A DNA stretch of 64,000 bases from a virus. Under the pieces are notes generated by a model that worked only from the letters and a program-made list of their open reading frames with translations, was not told the origin of the DNA and made no database searches. Shown piece after piece: positions 63,001 through 64,000 of this stretch. Position numbers and translations under genes: made by a program. How positions within the stretch are numbered: the stretch's first letter is position 1; each line of letters opens with the position of its first letter. The stretch is taken from the IMG/VR virus record IMGVR_UViG_3300045988_121566, positions 8,100 through 72,099 of that record; one strand, 5' to 3'.

Positions 63001-64000
63001 TGCAGGAGCAGCGAGAACAGTATGATAGTATCATCGGATTGTTTAATGATATTATCAATTTCCAAAAGAAATATGTTTCAAGTTACGTGGATGAGCGTAA
63101 TGAGGAGCTGGCTGCCATTCAGTCTACCATTGGAATCAAAAAGGGAACGGCTGCCCTGGGAATTAAGAACCAGCCATTTGCCAGCAAGGCATTCAATACC
63201 GTTCAGCAGGTACTTCTCTCCTTGAAAGCGAAGTCTGCTGCAGAGCGTGCCATCGACTATTTGAAGCAGGGCATGAAGCCTGTGATTGCGTTGAACAATA
63301 CCAACGAATCTCAGACTGGCAACCTTGCGCTTGGTGAGGAAATGGACGCACCAGACTTGGGTACATCTTTGAAGAAGGGTCTTGAAGGTACACTTCGCTA
63401 TACCAAGAAGGATGCAAAGGATAATAGTGAAAGCGGCTACATCAAGCTTTCGGATTTGGGTGATGAGGCTGTTGAGGCTTATCACGAACTGGAAAAGAAG
63501 ATTGAGCAGACAAGTACAGGTCTTTCACTCTCCCCTATTGATGTTATCAAGAACGAGTTGCAGAAGGCAGGTTATAAGGTAGGCGAACTAACCGGTAGAC
63601 AGACCGAGTTCGTTTATAACGACAACGGAACTGTTACCAAGGTTAAGCGTGCTGATACAGACAAGAAGAAACTCGCGCGCGACTTTAACGATGGTAAGAT
63701 TGATGCGCTTATTCTCAACAAGAGTGCAGCAACTGGTATTTCCCTTCATGCTTCGAGCAAGTATAAGGACCAGAAGAAGCGTGTAATGATCGTGGCTCAG
63801 CAGCAGCTTGACGTGAATGATGAGGTTCAGATGCGTGGGCGTATCGACCGAACAGGACAGGTTGCAAGAGGTGCATACGAATATGTTGTTTCTCTTATTC
63901 CTGCAGAGCAGCGATTGTTGATGATGTTTAAGGCTAAGCTGAAGTCACTTGATGCCAACACAACTTCTTCTCAGAAGAGTAAGTTCAACGAAATGGAAGT
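54084..64000 (+). CDS. giant multidomain (polyvalent, DarB-like) protein, 3'-truncated by the window edge (more than 3,305 codons)
   Basis: Not in the ORF track because no stop occurs before the window end. The ATG at 54084 follows an in-frame TAA at 54078. I read the frame by eye to 64000 without meeting a stop. The frame was re-verified at DGNGR (58251), NPPF (61122), GIGKGR (62223) and DESH (62682). No + strand track ORF exists in this frame. Confidence 0.9.
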   Translation, partial: MAGDKFDQLYNALKADGAVTGTREHFRKFVYAPGKQGYHNRKQLYDALHADGAVSSNSYEEFAQRLGLHAVNPKPQQKPVAQKPMTTAQRAMQVPQQYQRTQLGKAPKSAPKNASPFVQSLYDIDDAQKGAGYPVDYTSPKATQQVYQQNQRIRRQAAKTAAKKIDRQASHAQPIMQTNTPADTYIGKTEGQLMDEMNQSANALVGSEMGDYLDKVIGDEFKAAHARGLAALSANSGVHGTGGADWWIGERAYQNQMDQDKQLQEITGNIQKNIESIFSNPKVKQRVLSDAQKLGVSPETYIESSLAPALIEKAGKQFNNTQLNRMMAKGASDYIASGILNSLTGTLLTGLTSTKSQRQMQQQADTMTEEGLNPNYKPGTWAKASKGAVAFAADAPWYNLAGIGAGALTEKVFGNAAQQMARVANQSLRQRVFEGVARGIVHGGATGFQYGAINGAVQNYSTGEDTSLLGTLKAAAKGGLEEGVSFATMEGMGGAVGAFGHGIGLKGTEKTWKQRVNKMGQKLTYEGIKTGMEGIGMATGGVASSYANHILTGDDWHGFSTEGTLESCASAVIFKLTHAKDLFKKETDRNGKPFSFTSNIAQKTARFFLSGETKSAPHVFSDEEKHQLFAAGSELGMKPMENIVSWAKQAKKYRSDDIEKSEDGSDLLNNYQQIMLDPNVSWDAKAKFTTMVMGTMPESRPMMDHISYGTEDGTDGDNRIHTYKTVNEYAADGTLLSKHRFDTKDKRESIIYEIGVRKEELRSKNALALLVGLDRNNYDLQNSFFKKNAKDLEQVQEIVEGMQTGGSKIDHQFTEYVLNSERGSFLPIVDAVASKNGMDRESMLKAFDKDPMKRSDEEQNACVQLRKAIEMSVFPANKVHEEQSVMDGKDVATDNNLGTEQPNGGAVKAELDGLRQAEAEMDELMRDNDVFGQNFQKLKQQGLTNPQIYDWMVQQGGLTVEQLEPFVHYINANARVQGMQEATKNAIDEQVSSYVQDWSFHGTLNGQEKNGEQAIYVQDSNGRTLLVGTGEVAFDTTTGRAKEGVGDMLVCLDQKTGETVYVKSDEVKFVGTQSADDFANGYRQELQMKNSEPYNQAAQEQAMQDAAKPQPEEKSKDDAAKGGDLTKDDTTLTKVDTTSGKDNTTSEDLVPQEQPQQARKFADGSDVPMTKDSKGRPTPDYEKMTPEQSAEILTEDFGENADKVVDGQIQKAEKALKDAEKIKVDYTAELNDIMEQEALKKKTVEAAKKKLEHAQNVKKNMTAKKVAETVGNTEQTEGAHEAGSVAAQKFENAPRLVGNKRTRMLPDGETKIKGHYEIVPAESLTPSHDVNNGYKKSEGFPTDAEGRTVNDRDYEHDKAAQQNTDQIARKYNGMAIEQVPVVSDEGIVYDGNGRTMAGQKAAKEGTDGEYINDLLENAENFGFTREQIEQSGIEHPRLVLVTDERLPYDTATFSKFNRNEKKTQSNTEQAVAKAKTLTSDEVGAIVAEIEGSGSLDAFFNNSKAINDLVKTLVDKGIIGQNEVAQMMDSPERLSAQGREYVKNLLLGSIFKPETIRMLGIDSAVKNKAINAIRSVMDNMKLGDYSLRDEIDQAIQLLYEARQGGNKVDTLLRTPDMFGEDAAKRYPSISQMMALALEGKVSDFRDLLDEYNRIAASRNTGEGNMFEAAPTKEELINEYLNFKKWQDYGTGHSENEGGNDVSGIQEPKQETSGGNGSAGEGAEPERPRVEETGDKELGATKVSANPKATISERKQALLDRIASGTVKRKDEAWGMLADAEELLAEYYGIPYDEYGGRQRTSSTTIDIVLNLYTKGVLDKITDEPIPSATEKQMNYLMKLAKGEHLWESGLEGMIPNKRQASWLINAMKGLGDEYLLSMHPDEIEEREREIYKGIDLVRKANGANSYDWNRMRLLPREEKTDPQFNPIEAAAAEFKKEHPLTEEEIMKSDVDDLSKDMALDYLNGEVTDDLHRAIYESIYAKRKELNAEQKVDTSKTEPSANPIEEIKNAAEGFEKEKKTKIEQGEKPQQKADDAAVSASNKKVNDLWKELMNAGKDEVSSSFIGLNSRQLEVLPKLVSAMAENAYLRIKRGMHNLEDVVKEMRKEFAPAAKIFKKEDVDAIYEQMMNIRYRDGEQRMSLKDWADYYEKTSPKHQENLVGDSKNAEERKQKENSFINRIQTVLSMGEFKTGIAGMRKIAEDCGLEGTKDTDLQELVETAVVGMARRYASSKAMSDDVKFAKIKLLYNRQPSLNQRDSERVMKQQYSTPAPYAYLADVYVKGNGKEIKSALEPSAGNGMLTIGLPMDKVHVNDIDAQRLENLRRQGFKNVTSQDGTQPFADKDVDVVVTNPPFGSAIPKEYDGYKISSLEGQMAINALESMKDDGRAAIIIGGKTEYAKNGSLNPKDKAFLGYLYSHYNVEDVINVDGSLYAKQGTSYPTRIILINGRRLDENIFPPVKDKARAETVKDYDELYKRIEDDILRSERMDSSIGGETRSAQPELDQQGAAGTPKERVRAGERGGSKPDGEREPDLFDSTSVSGTHDDLENQRGTEPRQDGGLPNGDSRADGTGTEPSPSKEPTAGTNEQRGNGSGGAGRNDAQPSTDESTNAGSGSGPRGQLQRVDKSVRGLSTEKVTYDPKSENPFTLKAVMPADQQEAVNKNLEKLGDADQFLVDELGYNDKDDLYSHLAAEQVDSVALALQQAKKGNAFIIGDMTGIGKGRQAASLIRYAKKQGQVPVYFTKTAGLLSDVYRDLVDIGSPDLRPFVFGSAKEAAITDSDGKVVFALPSKSEVKRVLDYVEKNGKLPDEYDYVLTTYSQVSNGVYEFDENGARKEKKLAKGKTFGAAALSGQRRRDAIEKLMDNAYLILDESHTAGGNSGQGNYFQHIIQKAKNVTFFSATFAKRPDNMPIYALRTAMNEGGMKSSDLIDAVKRGGATLQEIMSQTLTQCGQMIRRERDMTGVTIDWKAIDDPGRVQEQREQYDSIIGLFNDIINFQKKYVSSYVDERNEELAAIQSTIGIKKGTAALGIKNQPFASKAFNTVQQVLLSLKAKSAAERAIDYLKQGMKPVIALNNTNESQTGNLALGEEMDAPDLGTSLKKGLEGTLRYTKKDAKDNSESGYIKLSDLGDEAVEAYHELEKKIEQTSTGLSLSPIDVIKNELQKAGYKVGELTGRQTEFVYNDNGTVTKVKRADTDKKKLARDFNDGKIDALILNKSAATGISLHASSKYKDQKKRVMIVAQQQLDVNDEVQMRGRIDRTGQVARGAYEYVVSLIPAEQRLLMMFKAKLKSLDANTTSSQKSKFNEME
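58020..58300 (+). other. ParB/Srx-like domain within the giant ORF
   Basis: KGHYEIVPAESLTPSHD...VPVVSDEGIVYDGNGRTMAGQKA has the ParB-like nuclease/NTPase-fold pattern (motif D-G-x-x-R). Confidence 0.5.
60864..61420 (+). other. N6-adenine DNA methyltransferase domain within the giant ORF
   Basis: QQYSTPAPYAY...LEPSAGNGML (SAM-binding motif I) ... DVVVTNPPFGS (motif IV, NPPF). Confidence 0.8.
62196..64000 (+). other. strawberry-notch/SNF2-like superfamily-2 helicase domain within the giant ORF (continues past the window)
   Basis: GDMTGIGKGRQ (Walker A), LILDESHTAGG (DExH), VTFFSATFAKRPDNM, SAATGISLHA and EVQMRGRIDRTGQ (motif VI). Confidence 0.75.

Noticed and set aside
54036-63582. About 20 minus-strand and off-frame + strand track ORFs (for example 54498-54959, 57528-58151, 58163-58792, 60828-61325, 63078-63485).
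   Set aside because: They are antisense or out of frame relative to the giant ORF. Their translations are Leu/Ser/Cys-rich and low-complexity, typical of shadow ORFs.
54084-64000. Suspected stop-codon reassignment, because the ORF track shows no long ORF across 10 kb of clearly coding-looking sequence.
   Set aside because: One + strand frame is simply open for the whole stretch under the standard code. The track omits it because the ORF has no stop inside the window. No in-frame TAG, TGA or TAA needs recoding here, nor in the other genes.
1-64000. Looked for CRISPR arrays, rRNA genes, IS or transposase genes and long terminal or inverted repeats.
   Set aside because: None was seen by eye. 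The only repeat families found are the DGR TR/VR pair, the GC-hairpin element and short promoter or operator motifs.

Overview
This window reads as one densely coded segment of a temperate tailed phage or prophage. The host is probably a Bacteroidota. That is an inference from TAnnTTTG-type -7 promoter boxes, a Bacteroides-style tyrosine integrase and PcfJ/PcfK-like genes; no homology search was possible. All functions are assigned by motif recognition only.

Gene order:
- 1-1.5 kb (+): end of an operon of small genes.
- 1.5-10.7 kb (-): a complete diversity-generating retroelement (DGR), tail-fibre genes, putative major capsid and scaffold.
- 10.9-20.1 kb (+): portal, head/tail accessory genes, large terminase and a 912-aa virion protein.
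- 20.2-21.0 kb (-): a rhomboid protease and an unknown gene.
- 21.3-23.9 kb (+): lysis cassette (holin, GH19-type endolysin, unimolecular-spanin-like lipoprotein).
- 24.0-38.1 kb (-): about 30 early genes. These include a DNA methyltransferase, a radical-SAM protein, an MBL-fold hydrolase, RecT, a Rad50/SbcC-like ATPase and NinG.
- 38.15-38.86 kb: an ORF-free island with two oversized tRNA-like genes.
- 38.9-40.8 kb: lysogeny module (small HTH, CI-like repressor, integrase).
- 41.4-49.7 kb: more early or moron genes (KilA-N, PcfJ/PcfK-like, XRE).
- 49.7-50.5 kb: about 780 nt of non-coding sequence.
- 50.5-64.0 kb (+): an operon of low-complexity virion-type proteins, ending in a giant ORF that runs off the window.

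Main findings:
1. The DGR. A 92-nt TR/VR pair differs at 13 positions, and every one is an adenine in the TR coding strand. It retargets the C-terminal tip of a 651-aa tail fibre.
2. A 9.9-kb uninterrupted ORF (54084 to the window end) that is absent from the ORF track. It encodes ParB-like, N6-methyltransferase and strawberry-notch/SNF2-like helicase modules, which fits a polyvalent, DarB-like injected protein.
3. Two tRNA-like RNAs (94 and 138 nt) with canonical acceptor and T arms but an expanded central arm.

Caveats: the ORF track reports the longest ATG/GTG/TTG ORFs and omits ORFs that lack a stop inside the window. I trimmed several starts to a better-placed ATG and added a few sub-60-aa ORFs by eye.
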